Assembly (NCBI GenBank): GCA_964016885.1
Contig: OZ024740.1
Span: 288,548,001 to 288,612,000 of the forward strand
From: Eledone cirrhosa
Lineage: Eukaryota
Length of the DNA stretch: 64,000 nt
Reading direction: 5' to 3'
The notes beneath the pieces are model-generated. The model did not search any database, was not told the DNA's origin, and saw only the letters and a list, made by a program, of their open reading frames with translations. Made by a program: the position numbers and the translations under genes. Positions 1-14,190 of this stretch are shown in pieces (position 1 is the first letter of the stretch; every line of letters begins with the position of its first letter).

Positions 1-1240
1 GAGATAGAGCTGTAACAACTAGAGATAGAGCTGTAACAACTAGAGATAGAGCTGTAACAACTAGAGATAGAGCTGTAACAACTAGAGATAGAGCTGTAAC
101 AACTAGAGATAGAGCTGTAACAACTAGAGATAGAGCTGTAACAACTACAGATAGAGCAGTAACAACAACTAGAGATAGAGCTGTAACAACTACAGATAGA
201 GCAGTAACAACAACTACAGATAGAGCAGTAACAACAACTACAAATACAGCACTAACAACAACTATAAATATAGCAGTAACAACTATAAATATAGCAGTAA
301 CAACTACAAATATAGCAGTAACAACTATAAATATAGCAGTAACAACTATAAATATAGCAGTAACAACTACAAATATAGCAGTAACAACTACAAATATAGC
401 AGTAACAACTATAAATATAGCAGTAACAACTATAAATATAGCAGTAACAACTATAAATATAGCAGTAACAACTACAAATATAGCAGTAACAACTATAAAT
501 ATAGCAGTAACAACTATAAATATAGCAGTAACAACTACAAATATAGCAGTAACAACTATAAATATAGCAGTAACAACTATAAATATAGCAGTAACAACTA
601 CAAATACAGCAGTAACAACTATAAATATAGCAGTAACAACTACAAATATAGCAGTAACAACTATAAATATAGCAGTAACAACTATAAATATAGCAGTAAC
701 AACTACAAATATAGCAGTAACAACTACAAATATAGCAGTAACAACTACAAATATAGCAGTAACAACTACAAATATAGCAGTAACAACAACTACAGATACA
801 GCAGTAACAACTACAAATATAGCAGTAACAACAACTACAGATACAGCAGTAACAACTACAAATATAGCAGTAACAACTACAAATACAGCAGTAACAACTA
901 TAAATATAGCAGTAACAACTACAAATACAGCAGTAACAACTACAAATACAGCAGTAACAACTACAAATACAGCAGTAACAACTACAAATATAGCAGTAAC
1001 AACTACAAATATAGCAGTAACAACTACAAATACAGCAGTAACAACTACAAATATAGCAGTAACAACTACAAATATAGCAGTAACAACTACAAATATAGCA
1101 GTAACAACTACAAATATAGCAGTAACAACTACAAATATAGCAGTAACAACTACAAATATAGCAGTAACAACTACAAATACAGCAGTAACAACTACAAATA
1201 CAGCAGTAACAACAACTACAGATACAGCAGTAATAACTAC
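1..1240. repeat. 21-bp minisatellite, running off the window start
   Basis: Tandem units GAGATAGAGCTGTAACAACTA shift to AAATATAGCAGTAACAACTAC/T, with occasional 24-bp units carrying an extra AAC. Confidence 0.97.
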
Positions 1241-2080
1241 ATCATCAAGCAATACCATTATTGATTAGAAGAATTAAGCTTTTGCGTATTTTCTTGACCA
1301 ACTTAGTTAACTGTGAAATTTCCTTTAACAAACTTTTGTAAAATAATTTCCATAAAATTAATTACTTCAGGTGTTGTATGATATGTTATAAAATTTTTCT
1401 CACATACTAATTAATACTTATATATTTAATTTAGGTGTTATAACTTCAAAATTGTCCTATATTTAATCCATAAGCTCTATGGTGTTTAGAATAGGTGCAC
1501 CATATCCGTACATGCTGCACGAGTTCACAATAGCAAGAGCATCCATCTGTAAAACACTGTCTCTAAAAGGGAACTATGATAATTGCCATGGACCCTGCAT
1601 GGCTATCCTTTACTTCAGCGTAAAAAATACTCTTGATATATTTGTTAATATATGTATATTCTCTCTAGGAGTCATGACCCAAATTATTTTAGAGCAAAGC
1701 TTTTGAAATATAATATCCTTATATAGAGTTTATTGATTCGCTATGGTGTGTTATGTAATTTTCCTCACACTAATTTGAACTCCGATGTTCTCTCTAAATA
1801 TTATAACTGAAAAATTATCTTAGAGCAAAGTTATTTGCATGTTCTAGAGTGTATTATATAATCATGTAATCTCTAGATGTGGGTTCGGTTCCTGGACTGG
1901 GGGGGTGCATTGTATTTTTGAGCAAGATGCTTCATTTCGTGTAGCTTTTCATAATAGTAGGGAATCCTATCATTGAAAAACCTGAGAAACATCCCATGAG
2001 ATTCAACCTTGTAGGTTACCTGCTAAACCGGAATAAGTGTAAGATGTAAATGGCATTTTCATTTTTTATATAGAAACAGC

Positions 2081-2115
<35 letters not shown>

Positions 2116-3312
2116 TGCATATGTCTGCTTTTGGCTGTACAGAAGCTGGATCAGACCTAAGTATGTTGAAATCAGAATCTTTAGATTGCTAGAACCTAAT
2201 TATTTTTTTCTTGAGTTTATAGCATCAAAATTCTCTTAGAGGAGGAAAGCTAAATGTCTATTCTTGAATAAAATAGATCTCTTTAAATGATCTATGGTAT
2301 GTTATAGAATTTTCTTTGCTAGCAAATTGTCAAATCTATACCATCAATAATTTATTTTCAGCATCAATAAACAGCCTATCTCTATGGTTTTGATTGCACA
2401 GTTGCTGGCTGAAATTAAATGCTTTGATTGCTATATGTTCTATCTTGGAGCTACAAGATTATTTAAGAGTAAACTAACTACATTATTATATTCAAATATA
2501 AGCCAATCTGAATATAAACTGCCCCACCTCCTCTATTTTAAGTCTTAGAAATGGGCAAAAATTCAAACCCTATTTATACGCTTAGGCAGCTAATCAATAC
2601 TATGTTTAGATGGCGTGGTTTTGAAATTCTCATGAGTATAAAATAATATTTATGAAGTTTTTATATTCTGATGTTTAAAATATTTTAAGTGTTAATTAGT
2701 TTTTGTTTAACAACTTAATTACAAGTTTCCCAAAGTTGTTTACTTTTGGCCACTCACATGCTGGGAGTAGTTGAATGCAAGGGATCGAATAAGAGAACTT
2801 TGTGAAGCGATTCATTTAGTAGAAGTGAGAGAGAGAGAGAGGAAAAGCAGAGCAAGTAAAACAGGGAGCAAGAGTGAGAAGTGCAAGAACAATAACATAC
2901 AAGCCAGAAGTAAAATTGAAAGAAAAAGTATAATTAAGTCACAGAGAAAAACAGTTGGTATTCATGTATGTGTATACACATGTGCATGTGTATGGGATAT
3001 TTATGTATTAAAAAGTTCAAAATATAAAAAATTTATTAGAAATATTTTCAATAACATTAACGACGATGTAGTAAATGTAGAAAAACTGTTTCATTATAAG
3101 ATAATCCCTCCAGATATTTTAGCACCTTATTTACGTAGAATTTGAAGTTGGTGAAAATCAGCAAAATATTGACCTCAAATCCAAGATTTCTTTGGTTGGT
3201 CAACATTTGTATTATAGGTCTCCAGGTAACCATCACAACTCCACCAACTATTTATAACAGCAAGAATAACACCAACAACTAGTGCATCAATGTCAACGAC
3301 AACAGTTATTAA

Positions 3313-3558
3313 CCCTTTTTAAATCAATCTGCCTAGAATCACTCTTATTTCTATGACATACGCTGCCTGTTTTAGTGTTCATATCTAAATGAAAACTTCA
3401 ACACAAGTTTATGTAAAGCCATTTTGTTGAGTTCCAAACAGCAATTTAATAATGAAAAAAAAAGAAAAGTTACTTTACTAAATTCTTATGAATTTTTGAA
3501 TATTTAAAAATTATTAGACTTAGTAGTATCTTTCATTAGAAATATGGTCACAAAATGG
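3313..3558. mobile_element. Degenerate piggyBac-like MITE (family B); related copies near 10260-10497, 16790-16945, 19840-20070, 31085-31715 and 38620-38821
   Basis: TTAA|CCCTTTT start and ...CAAAATGG|TTAA end; similar ends elsewhere, e.g. GGTTACAAAAGGG|TTAA at ~16930-16945. Confidence 0.5.
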
Positions 3559-3599
3559 TTAATGCAAATTACTACACCAGTGGCAACAAAAACAACTGC

Positions 3600-4060
3600 T
3601 GATAACAGCAGTAGCAAAGACAAGATACAAAGTTGCTTGGCTTGCAAAATTCTCTCAAATGACACCCTACTGTCATAGAATAGGAGGGACACATTGGACA
3701 ATATAATTGTAGCATGTAAAATAGACAAGATAGTCATGGTTGGAATGCATTTCATCATAGGTTTGCTCATTCAAAGCTGACCTGGGTCAAAATAACAAAT
3801 GTTAATAAGAACTACTACAGCAGTGGAAACGAGTGAGCCTCTATATAGTTACTCACCCTGCTAGAAATAGTGATCAAATCACCCTCAAACTACATTCTAC
3901 TTTACCTTTAAAAAAATCGAAAAAAGAAATTCAAGAGGAAGAATCAATTTGGATAATAGCCCTGGATGCATTGTCTGAAAATATGACGAGATGGTCATGG
4001 CTGGAACACTTTGATTATATTTCTACTAAAACAGAGTTGACATGGAGCCAAACTACAACA
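3600..4060 (+). mobile_element. Two copies of an old, abundant SINE-like or LINE-3'-end family (other copies near 6070-6230, 11840-12030, 18650-18860, 23750-24130, 32620-32820 and 39380-39600)
   Basis: Recurring blocks CTGCTAGAAATAGC...CCCTCAAA...GGACACATTGGATAATGT...GCTGGAA...GCTGACCTGGG ending in an (AAC)n-like tail. Confidence 0.6.
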
Positions 4061-4383
4061 TCAGTAACAGTATTTTCTGCAGCAGCAGCAGTAGCAGCAG
4101 CAACAACAACAACAACTGTTAGTAATGTAGCAGCAGCAATAGTACAGTATTATTAACAATAACTGTTAATTACTACAGTAGCGCAACAACAACAACAGTA
4201 GTTTCTGCAGCAACACCAATTATTAATTACTAAAGTAGTAGTAACAACAGTAACAATAACAGTAGTTCCTGCAGCAACACCAAGAACTGCTACTACACGA
4301 GTAACACAAAAGCAAATGAACACACACACACACACCCGTTTCCTTGTCTTTCACCTTGACCTCTATTATAAGTTGTTGTTTTT

Positions 4384-4805
4384 TTAACTCTTAATATACT
4401 GTAATAATTTAGTAAATATCTAAAAACAGGTTTGTTAATTCAAATATTTATAATGTCTTTACAAATGGTCAGATTATTGTGAAAATTTGCAATATTAATG
4501 TAAATACTTTCAAATTTAGTGTGATGCTCTCATAGTGCCATTTTGTACATTTGAAGACTATTTTGCTGTCATGGGTTCACCTGTGCTGGATTTAGGACAA
4601 ATGAGGCCCTGTGCTAGTTAAGTTATGAGGCCCCTTACTTGGGCCCTGGAGGAGGTAGACCTGGTAAAAACAAATTTTTAGGCAGGAAGACGCCCCCCCC
4701 CCCTCCCTCCCCCTCCCAGCCAACAGGACCTTGTGCTTAAGCACAGCTAAGCACAATGGTAAATCTGGCACTGGGTATCACATGTAATGGGACATTAAGA
4801 ATTAA
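4384..4805. mobile_element. TTAA-flanked non-autonomous DNA element, interrupted by a hAT MITE; uninterrupted relative at 21071-21255, partial copy at ~30730-30920
   Basis: Ends TTAACTCTTAA / TTAAGAATTAA; shared internal AAAACAGGTTTGTTAATT...GTGAT...CATAGT block. Confidence 0.55.
4581..4773. mobile_element. hAT-like MITE
   Basis: Imperfect TIRs CTGTGCTGGATTTA / TAAATCTGGCACTG; 8-bp TSD-like flanks GGGTTCAC (4573-4580) and GGTATCAC (4774-4781). Confidence 0.6.
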
Positions 4806-6257
4806 ATTTCAATGATGGAATGAAATGGAGGACAGCTTTCAAATGCAACATCTTTGTATTCTGGCAAATGAATAAATAAAACTGTCTTGTTATAAGGTTG
4901 GAAAAATGGAAAGTAAATTTGACCTCAGCAAGATTTGAATGCAAACTGTAAAGAGTCGGGGAGAAATATTGCAAGGCAATTTTTTTTCCACTTCACTTAT
5001 GATTTTTCCTATCCACTGCCTAATACTACTACTTATAATAAATTATAATGTTAGACTTAACTACAACAATAAAAGGTCCTAGAAGAGGAATTAACAGATG
5101 CTATTGCCAAGAATGTGACATAAGTATATCCAAAGACTCAGTCTTCAATATATATATATATATACATATATACACACACACATACATATAAAATATTGTT
5201 TGACCTGACTACAGTTAAAGGAAAGCTAGGAAGAGGGTATTAGCAAGTGTGTTGTTGACAGAAATGTGCTACAAGTGAATGACAGTAGAAACAATAAATA
5301 AAATCCCAAGTTCTCCTACCCCTCTTTCCACAAGTATTTCTCTTCTTTCTCCTCTCTATATGTAGATCTATATTTCTAATTCTTACATTATATTTGAGTC
5401 CATCCTCTCTCTTCCCCTTAAGTCTGTTCACCTTTTCACTATTACCCTCTATTCTAACAGGTCTTTTGGTTCACATGCATACAAATACACACAGACACCA
5501 CCAGCCCTCTCTCGCGGATATACACATCTGAGTACAGCCATGCTCAGATATTCTCTTTTTCTACAACTATCTTATCTGCAGCTGGATGTCTGAGTGTAGT
5601 TCAGCCAGCATGTGTGGGTGTTCAGTTGTTTCACATCTATATGTATGAGAGCTCAACACCCGTCTGTATACAGGGCTGAACAACTGTTGCATATCTGTAC
5701 CTCTGAGAGAAGCTGCTGCACATCATCATATGTGGGTGTGCAGCTATGATTGTGCATATGTTGCACATTTATTGCTGCTTAGGTGTGTACACCTGTAGCA
5801 CATATTGCATAATTCGCTGTCTATAGCACATTGAATGCTGTATGATTGATTGTGCACTTGTTGCACATACATTGCAGTATGATTGATTGTGCACTTGTTG
5901 CACATCCACTGCTACATGATTGAATGTGCATGTGTTGCACATAAATTGCCCCATGATTGATTATGCATCTAAGGCTACATTTTGTATTGGTGTGCATCAG
6001 TAACTGTAAATATTATACATCTGCTATTGAGATATTAAGATATGCATGGTTGCTCTCTCACTATCTGGATATTGTTGTTGTTGATAACGTGGTCACTCTT
6101 GATGAAGCAGATCTGATGAAGTCATTCTAGATGTGATCATCCTGTCTTTTATCTCTGACTGCATTACTCCATAGACCCATTATTTTTTAAGGTGGTAGAA
6201 TATGATTTGGTTACTATTTCTAGCAGCTCAAACAATTATGTAAAGACATAATTTATT

Positions 6258-6388
<131 letters not shown>

Positions 6389-8727
6389 TTTGGTTGTTTG
6401 TGATGTGAGGCTGAGTGTATATTATACATAATGTGTGTGACTGAGTTTGTGTGTCTGGTTGAACATATGTAATGACAACAGGATCCACAGTCATTGTAGG
6501 GATGTGGTGGGGATAAGAAGACAGTATTTCCTGTAATACCAGAACAGAGGTGTTCTCAAATATCATAAATCAATTAGAAGCCCCATATTTAAAGTAATAG
6601 ACCTAGGGTTTCTCCTTCCTGCTTCTGGACACTGAAGAATTTGTACCGTAATGTGCCTGTCTCTTTTTGCATACAGAAGAACAACAATAGTAATGGCCTG
6701 CTGGCAATGTTTAAGGCCACCTATGTTGGTAACAGAGACCAGACTGTCCTTCCCCCACTATGTAAATTCATTTTGAAAGATGAAATCTTAATGCCTTAAA
6801 AGTATTTACCATTTTCTCCATGAGAGAAATTTCAATTAATGTTTTGCATACAGCATTCAGTACATCACCTGCTCAATTTAAATTCATAAGGGTTCTGCTG
6901 TTGTTTATATAAATTACTGTCTTGGAGCTCATGTTGTAATTGTAGCTTACTCATTGATCAGTCATAATCCAACAAACCTATTTTCAAAGACCTTCCAGTC
7001 TTAACCAGCCCTTCTTTTATTCAATGTATAATCCATGCCAGTATGGAAAAAAACATCGTAAAATGATGATGTATTTAGGAGTACATTATTCAGGGTGTCC
7101 TTTTTTTTTCAAGATGATGGAGAATGGTTTCTTGCAAATCGATTGAGCACATAAATTGGCTTGTAGAAATGTTGTTGCTACTGCTGTTATTCGATAGGCA
7201 TATCAGTGAGTCATGGAATAATGGAAGATAATTGTTATTTTTGATTGGCATCAGACCAGATAAAACAAAAAGAACAACCCTGTAATAAAAATAGAACTTT
7301 CAAGAAATTGCAGTTTAGCATTTCCAATGCAACTATCAACCAGAAATTTAATTTTTTTAGATCAATGTTCTACAAGGTGGGTCTCATTAAAAAATTCTTT
7401 GGCTTTGCAAGATAAGGTGTAATTTAATAAAAAATATATTATACATTTTTTATATGAATAAATTCTTTCTCTAACACAATTTTTGTTTCATTTGATGTTT
7501 ATTTAAATTAAGTGGGGCATAATAAAATATAGTTATGGATTCCATGATAAAATAAATTATTCCAGCTCTTTACATTTTGAGTTCAAATTCTGCTGAGGTC
7601 AACCATGTCTTTCATCCTTCTACAGTCAATTTGACTTTCCCCACCCCTAAAAAATTGCTGATCTTGTGCTTAAATTAGAAGCCATTATTTGAGCAAGATT
7701 TAGCTGCTCTTCATAGCAGGCCATACCACTGTATTAGTGTCCTTCATTTGTTCAACTTTTTATAGATGTGTATCTGAGAATTGAGGAAGATAGTTGTGAA
7801 TATGTCATAACTTTCATGTGTTCCCAGAGGAGATGTAGTAAATGATACTAAGCAATAAATTTTTTTTTTTTTTAAATTGACACCCAGACATTGCACTTGT
7901 CAGAGAATTTCACTTGCTGACATGGCTAAATTATGTTGGTGACATGGTTAAACTATGTCATAAGGTAAGTTATAATAAAAGCTGAAATAAGAATACATTA
8001 AATCAAAAGTGGTGCTTGATAGATGAACCAGTTGGAACAGATTTTACAGTTAAGCAGATGACAAAGAAGCAGTGAATCAAAGCTAACAGAATAGTGAATA
8101 TCTTTTGTGGTAGCTGTTGAGTTTATTGTTACCTATTTCTGTGTAGTAGTAATATGTTATGCCCTGTCATGGACCCTTAGACTCTTGATTGAGTTGTAGA
8201 GACACTAGTGATTCATGACATGTTTTGAACATTTGAACCTGGGAGTTCTTATCTCTCAGCAGAACTGAACACAGTTGATTTCTTCCAGTGAAAGTGAGTG
8301 GACAAGAGTGTGAAAGACATATAGAGAAAGAATCTACTCCAGTACTGGATTGGTACTTTAATTATAGATCTCAAAAGGATGAAAGGCAAAGTTGACCATG
8401 GCAGGATTTGAGTTCAGAGGACAAGAGCTGGGATGATTACGGCAAAGCATTCTATCCAGCATTCTAACAACTATACCTGCTAAAAATGGCACTAAAATCT
8501 ATCTCAAATCACATTCTATTGCCTTAAAAATGAAAAGATACACTAGATAATGTTGTCCTAAATATAGTGTACCCCGAATAAAAGATTGGACAGTCACTGT
8601 CAGAACATCTTTTATCACAGGTCTGCTGAATCAGTGCTTCTTGGAACCTCTCTTTCTCTTCAACTCCTCCCTACTTGTTCTAAAAGTTTCAAGGCTACTT
8701 TGCTGCCAAAAAGATTTAGCTAATTAA

Positions 8728-8925
8728 CGATTTCTAATTTAGGCACAAGGCCAACAATTTGTGGAGAGGGTGAAGTTGATCACATCTACACCAGTACTTT
8801 ATTTTATGGACCCTAAGAAAAGGAAATGCAAAGTTGACCTCATCAGAATTTGAACTCAGAATATACAGGGCTATAACTAAATGCTGTAAAGAATTTTGTC
8901 CAGCGCTCTAATAATTCTACCAATC
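8728..8925 (-). mobile_element. tRNA-derived SINE family A, diverged copy
   Basis: Reverse complement carries GAGTTCAAATTC (B box), ...CTTTGC...ATAAAATAAAGTAC and the TTGTGCCTAAATTAGAAA tail. Confidence 0.8.
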
Positions 8926-11065
8926 CTCTAATTAAGGAAAATACCTCTTCTGAATTGAAATTGAACCCACATTCAGTGTTTTAACTTAGTGAACCTGCTG
9001 CCATTGTTATATAAAACATTCCATGTTCATATTGATATATGGACTACAGAGTTTCCCCCCTTTCAACAGGTTTTCTTTTCTCCGTATGTAAACTATTGTG
9101 TGGGGTTGTATAAGTGTGTCTGTTTTTAGCATTTGTTCATGCCTGTGGGTGTAAGCATGCACGAGTTACTCTGTGTGTGTGTTGTATTGTAGTAGTAGTA
9201 GTAGTAGTGGTTGTTAGTGGGAGCAGATGATATGTTCACCTTCAAAGTTGCTTTGTTTCTAGCTACATTTACTATAGGTAGTGATAATAATATTAGTAAC
9301 TGTGGTGAAGGTGTAGGAGGAGGTTTGTGTTTTCTTCTTCTAAAATAACTTTGCAAGCATTCCAGGTAACTATTACTACCATCACCACCACTACCACTAA
9401 TACAACTACAGTAGTATTCAGCTTCTATTTTTAAGCTAGTTAATGATAATTAGCTTTCCATATGTATTTTTATGTTATAGTTGTTTTTGTTGCTATTGAA
9501 ACTACATTCCCCTCTGGTTAACGCCCAACCAAGTACAATGATATTAGGTTATGGAAAGTAGGCTCTGGCATTGGTGGAGATTAGGTAATTATTATCTAAG
9601 TTGCTGTCATCATCTACATAGCTGTCATCACTATCAGAAATCCAATATTATGTGAGAAAGTCATTCACCTTTTATTTATTCATTTTTTTTGTTTTGTTTC
9701 ATTTCAGTCTAAAATATTAATTATAGGTTCTTTCCATTTTGCCCTAAACACAGCAGCCTCATATGATACTGAATAGTGCAAACATATACCCACTTCCATA
9801 TACACGCTGTAACTAACCTGGTTTTATATTTGTTCTCCCTATGTAATTATATCAGTGTGTGTAGATGGCTGTTCTGGATTGGAGAGGTCTGTATCAAGAC
9901 TAGATTAGTATGAAACTGAGAGGTCATTAGTTCATATCTTGTCACTTCCATTGCATTGTGTCTGCTCAATACAGATAGCTAACAACTGATACAGTCTAGC
10001 CCAGCATAAATAAGATATGCATCAATATATGCCTTCATTCAGTGTAAATATGCATCACACATTGGGAATAACTCAATGCTATTTCTGGTTTGTTAGCTTG
10101 CAGTTTTTGAGTCCAACTCTTCCTTGTGGTTTAGAGAGATCACTCTAGATTAAAGTTCTCCCAATCAGCCCACAACTATCATACTAATGAAATCAGATTC
10201 AAATTCTGATTCCAAGCTGTGTGTTATGATTGCCATGGTGTGTGTATATGTATAACAACCAATTCCCTGCTTTCATTACTATATTTCGAAGGAATGACAC
10301 TATTTCCAAATAATTTTTAAAATATCGAGAATTTGGAGGGATTTAGTAAAATATCTAACTCTCTTGTTTCTGGAGCATAATTTAAAAAAAGGTTCTTAGA
10401 TAAAATTATGATGGAAGTTTTTTAGATAAATATAAATGCTTTAAAATAAACAGCATAGTATCTTTAAATCAGGGGTGGTTTGGTATCGAAAAGGTTGCTC
10501 TTTCCTTGACCTCAAGATATATAACTACAAAGCCAGAGTAAGTCCTTTTTAAACCCTAAGCATTTAAGAGATTATGGTACCCCTTCCTCCATATATAGTC
10601 TACTTGGAATGGAAAATACAATTAATATGAATAAAACAATGCTTCTCTTCTGCTAAGCAAGTGCTTATTTTGCTTAATGGTTAATCCAATCCTGTATAGC
10701 CACCAGTTATATATCAAGGTGAAACATACCAGTTTGATATATAAATTATCCCAATTTACATAGAAGTATAATACAGCAAATTGGTTTATTTCAGTTTTTA
10801 AGGTATAAGCAAGATGTGCCCGCCTGACCAGTTTAGCCTTGTGTGACAACTGTCTAACCCATGAAAGCATGGAAAATCATGGAAAATAGATGTTAAATAA
10901 GTATGATGATGATGATGAAGTGTAATTGCTTGTATTAACTCCAGTATATTTCTGGTAATTTATTAAATACAAAGTGTAGTATAGTGAGAATAAATACTGA
11001 GATATTTAATCTGTTGCTCTACTGTCATTGAGAACTCACCACTCTCATTTGAATTATTATTGTGT

Positions 11066-11256
11066 CATCATCATCATCATCATCACCATTTAGCTTCCAT
11101 TTTTCCATGCTTGCATGGGTTTGACAGGTCATCCACATTGGGAGACAAGTCTGGCCAGAGTTGGCCACACCGTACCTTGCTCTGATGGGAACTGTAAATT
11201 TGGCCAGGGATTTTACAGCCGGATGCCCTTCCTAACATCAACCACATTTACAGTGT
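11066..11256 (-). mobile_element. SINE family B (GGAAGGGCATCC core, RTE-like 3' end with (GAT)n tail), partial
   Basis: (CAT)n, TTTTCCATGCTTGCATGGGTT and GGATGCCCTTCCTAAC on the + strand. Confidence 0.85.
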
Positions 11257-12542
11257 GGGTATATAATTATTTTTATCATTATGATACTCTTGTATAATTC
11301 AAATCCTGCCGAGGTTTACTTGCTCAATAAATTAAAGTACCATTAACGCATTGAGGTCAATTTTATCGACTTTCCCCTCCTCCAAAATTGTTGGAAAGGA
11401 AAGCTGCTCTTTTGTAAAACTGTCCAACACATGATAGGTTGGGGGAGATGTGTGAAATGATGACAATGATGATGATTCTAGTCTGTGTGGACCTGGAGGT
11501 CTGTACATGCCCTGTTAGTAACTAGCTAAGTTAGTAGGTATGTGATAAACTAGGTGTACCAAATACTGTAGTACTAAGTTCAGCTATTTTACCAGACTTT
11601 CAGCAGTTGACCTGTGATACTTGGTAGAATATTTCTACTGTGAATGCTGTTGATGTAGTTATTGCTGCTACTATTACTACTGCCTTACACTTTAGCTATT
11701 CTATCTCAGCTCTTGCTTCTCATCACATACTATCTCTCCTAGCTACCATATATTTGTCTATCTACCAACCTACCTGTCTCTGTCTCTGTCTGTCTACAAT
11801 TTTATTACATCTCTTGCACGTTTGAGCAAATTAAGTAGCTTCTATGTAGTATTTCATCTTGTTAGAACCAGCAGCTGAATCTATCTTCAAACCACACCCT
11901 ATTAGCTTGAAAAACAGGACATGTTAGATAATGTGACATTGGGTTCTTTACACATAGACTGGATGGCCATAAATAGAATGCATTTGATTACATAATTGTT
12001 CAATCAGGGCTGACCTGGGGTAAACAATCTTACATCCTACCCATGCTAACATGGAAAATGGATGTTAAACGATGATGATGATAGTGTGTGTTCGGTAGGA
12101 CAAGCTAAAAAGTACCAGTCATATACTAAGTCAATTCAATCAATTTGTAGTCATGTGCCAATGGGATAAATCATCATCAGTATTATTATTATGACAGTTT
12201 GGCAGAATCATTTGTGTGTCATAAAATGCCTTTCAATATTTGTTTCAGGTTTATATATTTTGTGTTCAAATCTCTTTTAAGTCAAGCTCGCATTTCATCA
12301 TTCTAGGGTCCATTTAAGTACGTGATTAATCTAATTAACTCTAACCCTTCCATAAAATGTGCATGTAGTCTTGTGCAAATAATGGTTTCTGATTTAGGCA
12401 CAAGGCCAGCAATTTGGGGGGTGGAGGGGAAAATTGATTAAATCGACCCCAAAGTGTGGCTTGTACTTTATTTTATCAACCCCGTAAGAATGAAAAGCAA
12501 AGCTAACCTCAGCGGGGTTTGAATTATACAAGAGTATCATAA

Positions 12543-12732
12543 CTGTTTCTACTTTAGGCACAAGGCCAGCAATTATCCCAGTGCATTACTGGTACTTTTA
12601 TTTTATCGACCCCGTAAGGATGAAAGGCAAAGTTAACCTCGGCGGGATTTGAACTCAGACATTAAAGGGACGTAGCTATGCTAGAAAACATGGCGCCCGA
12701 CCCTCTACCGATACTGCCAATCCACCGCCCTA
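12543..12732 (-). mobile_element. Full-length tRNA-derived SINE family A with an 18-bp TSD
   Basis: Minus strand GGGCGGTGGATTGGCAGTATCGG (A box), GAGTTCAAATCC (B box), GCCTTTCATCCTTACGGGGTCGATAAAA (Nin/Deu-like block); TATACAAGAGTATCATAA at 12525-12542 and 12733-12750. Confidence 0.93.
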
Positions 12733-13033
12733 TATACAAGAGTATCATAATGATAATAATAATTATATACACACAATAATAATTCAAGTGAGAGTGGTGA
12801 GTTCTCAATGACACCAGAGCAGGACTGGTACTTTATTTTATTGACCCGAAAGAATGAAAGGCGGGATTTGAACTCTGCGTAAAGCTGGAAGAATTACTAC
12901 AAGGCATTTTGTCTGATGTGCTAACAATACCAGATATTATTCCTGGTTATAAAATAGGAAGTAAACACTTGATGCTGCTGCTTGTTCTGGTTTCTTTTTT
13001 AATTTGTATGTGTAAACATATCTCTATATTTAA

Positions 13034-13078
<45 letters not shown>

Positions 13079-14159
13079 GGGTGTACCAAAAAAAGTATAC
13101 ACATATTTATTAGAATGCTGTTGAAGTGTGTATACATCTTTTGGCGTCACCCTGTGTGTGTGTGTATATATATAAACGGGTGGGTGTGCATGTATTTTTT
13201 TATACTTGCACACATACATTTGTATGTATATCTTTATTTATGCATTGATTTATGCATATATTTGTGTGTGTATTTGTATGTGTATTTGTGTGTGTTACAT
13301 ATTTCAAAGTTTTTTGCATAATATTCCTCTGTGTACACATTTTTTCTTTTTTTTTTTTTTTTACTTGTGTACATTGTGTGTGTGTGTGCATACATATCTA
13401 CAAGGACCCAGGTTAAATCTCATTGCATATTATTTTGACCATGTATCTTTTACAATAGATTCAGGTTGACCCATGTCTTTGGAGTGAAATTGTGTTGTTG
13501 GAAACTGTATGAAATCCAATTGGATGGATTTTGCTTGTAATTCAAATATCCAGCCTTATCACACTCTGTGATATGCTGATTCTGCCTGAGGGTTATCTTA
13601 TGGATTGGGTACGCATGGAATACTCAGCCACTGATAATTCTATGTATAAATAGTCAAATTAATAAAACAACTGAATTATCATCATCAAAACTGACAGAGA
13701 ATCCTTAACTTTACTTTGTCTGTGTGTGTGTGTGTGTGTCTGTGTGTGTGCATGCATTTAGGTCGTAGCATTTTGATGTGTGTGCATGCATGTATAAAAA
13801 CGTGTGTGTGTGTGTGTGTGCGTATATTTATATGTGCATGCATTTAGGTCTTAGTATGTTGGTATCTGTGCGTGCATGTATAAAAACGTGTCTGTTTATG
13901 TGTGTGAGTTAATGACTTGATACACATACTTAATTAAAAGATGGCATATGAAGAAAACAACAACAAATATGCTCACCGTTTCCACAGACCTGAAGCATCA
14001 GCTGGGTGTACAGTTTCAGTAACGAACTATCTTAACACTCCCTCCCACCCCATCTAGTAGTAATGGTATAGTCTCCTCCAAGTTTGGTGAAAGCACTTTC
14101 ATCTGCTTCTTTACATGAGTTTCCTCTCCCTCCTTGTATAACATAAGTGTTTTATATAT

Positions 14160-14190
<31 letters not shown>

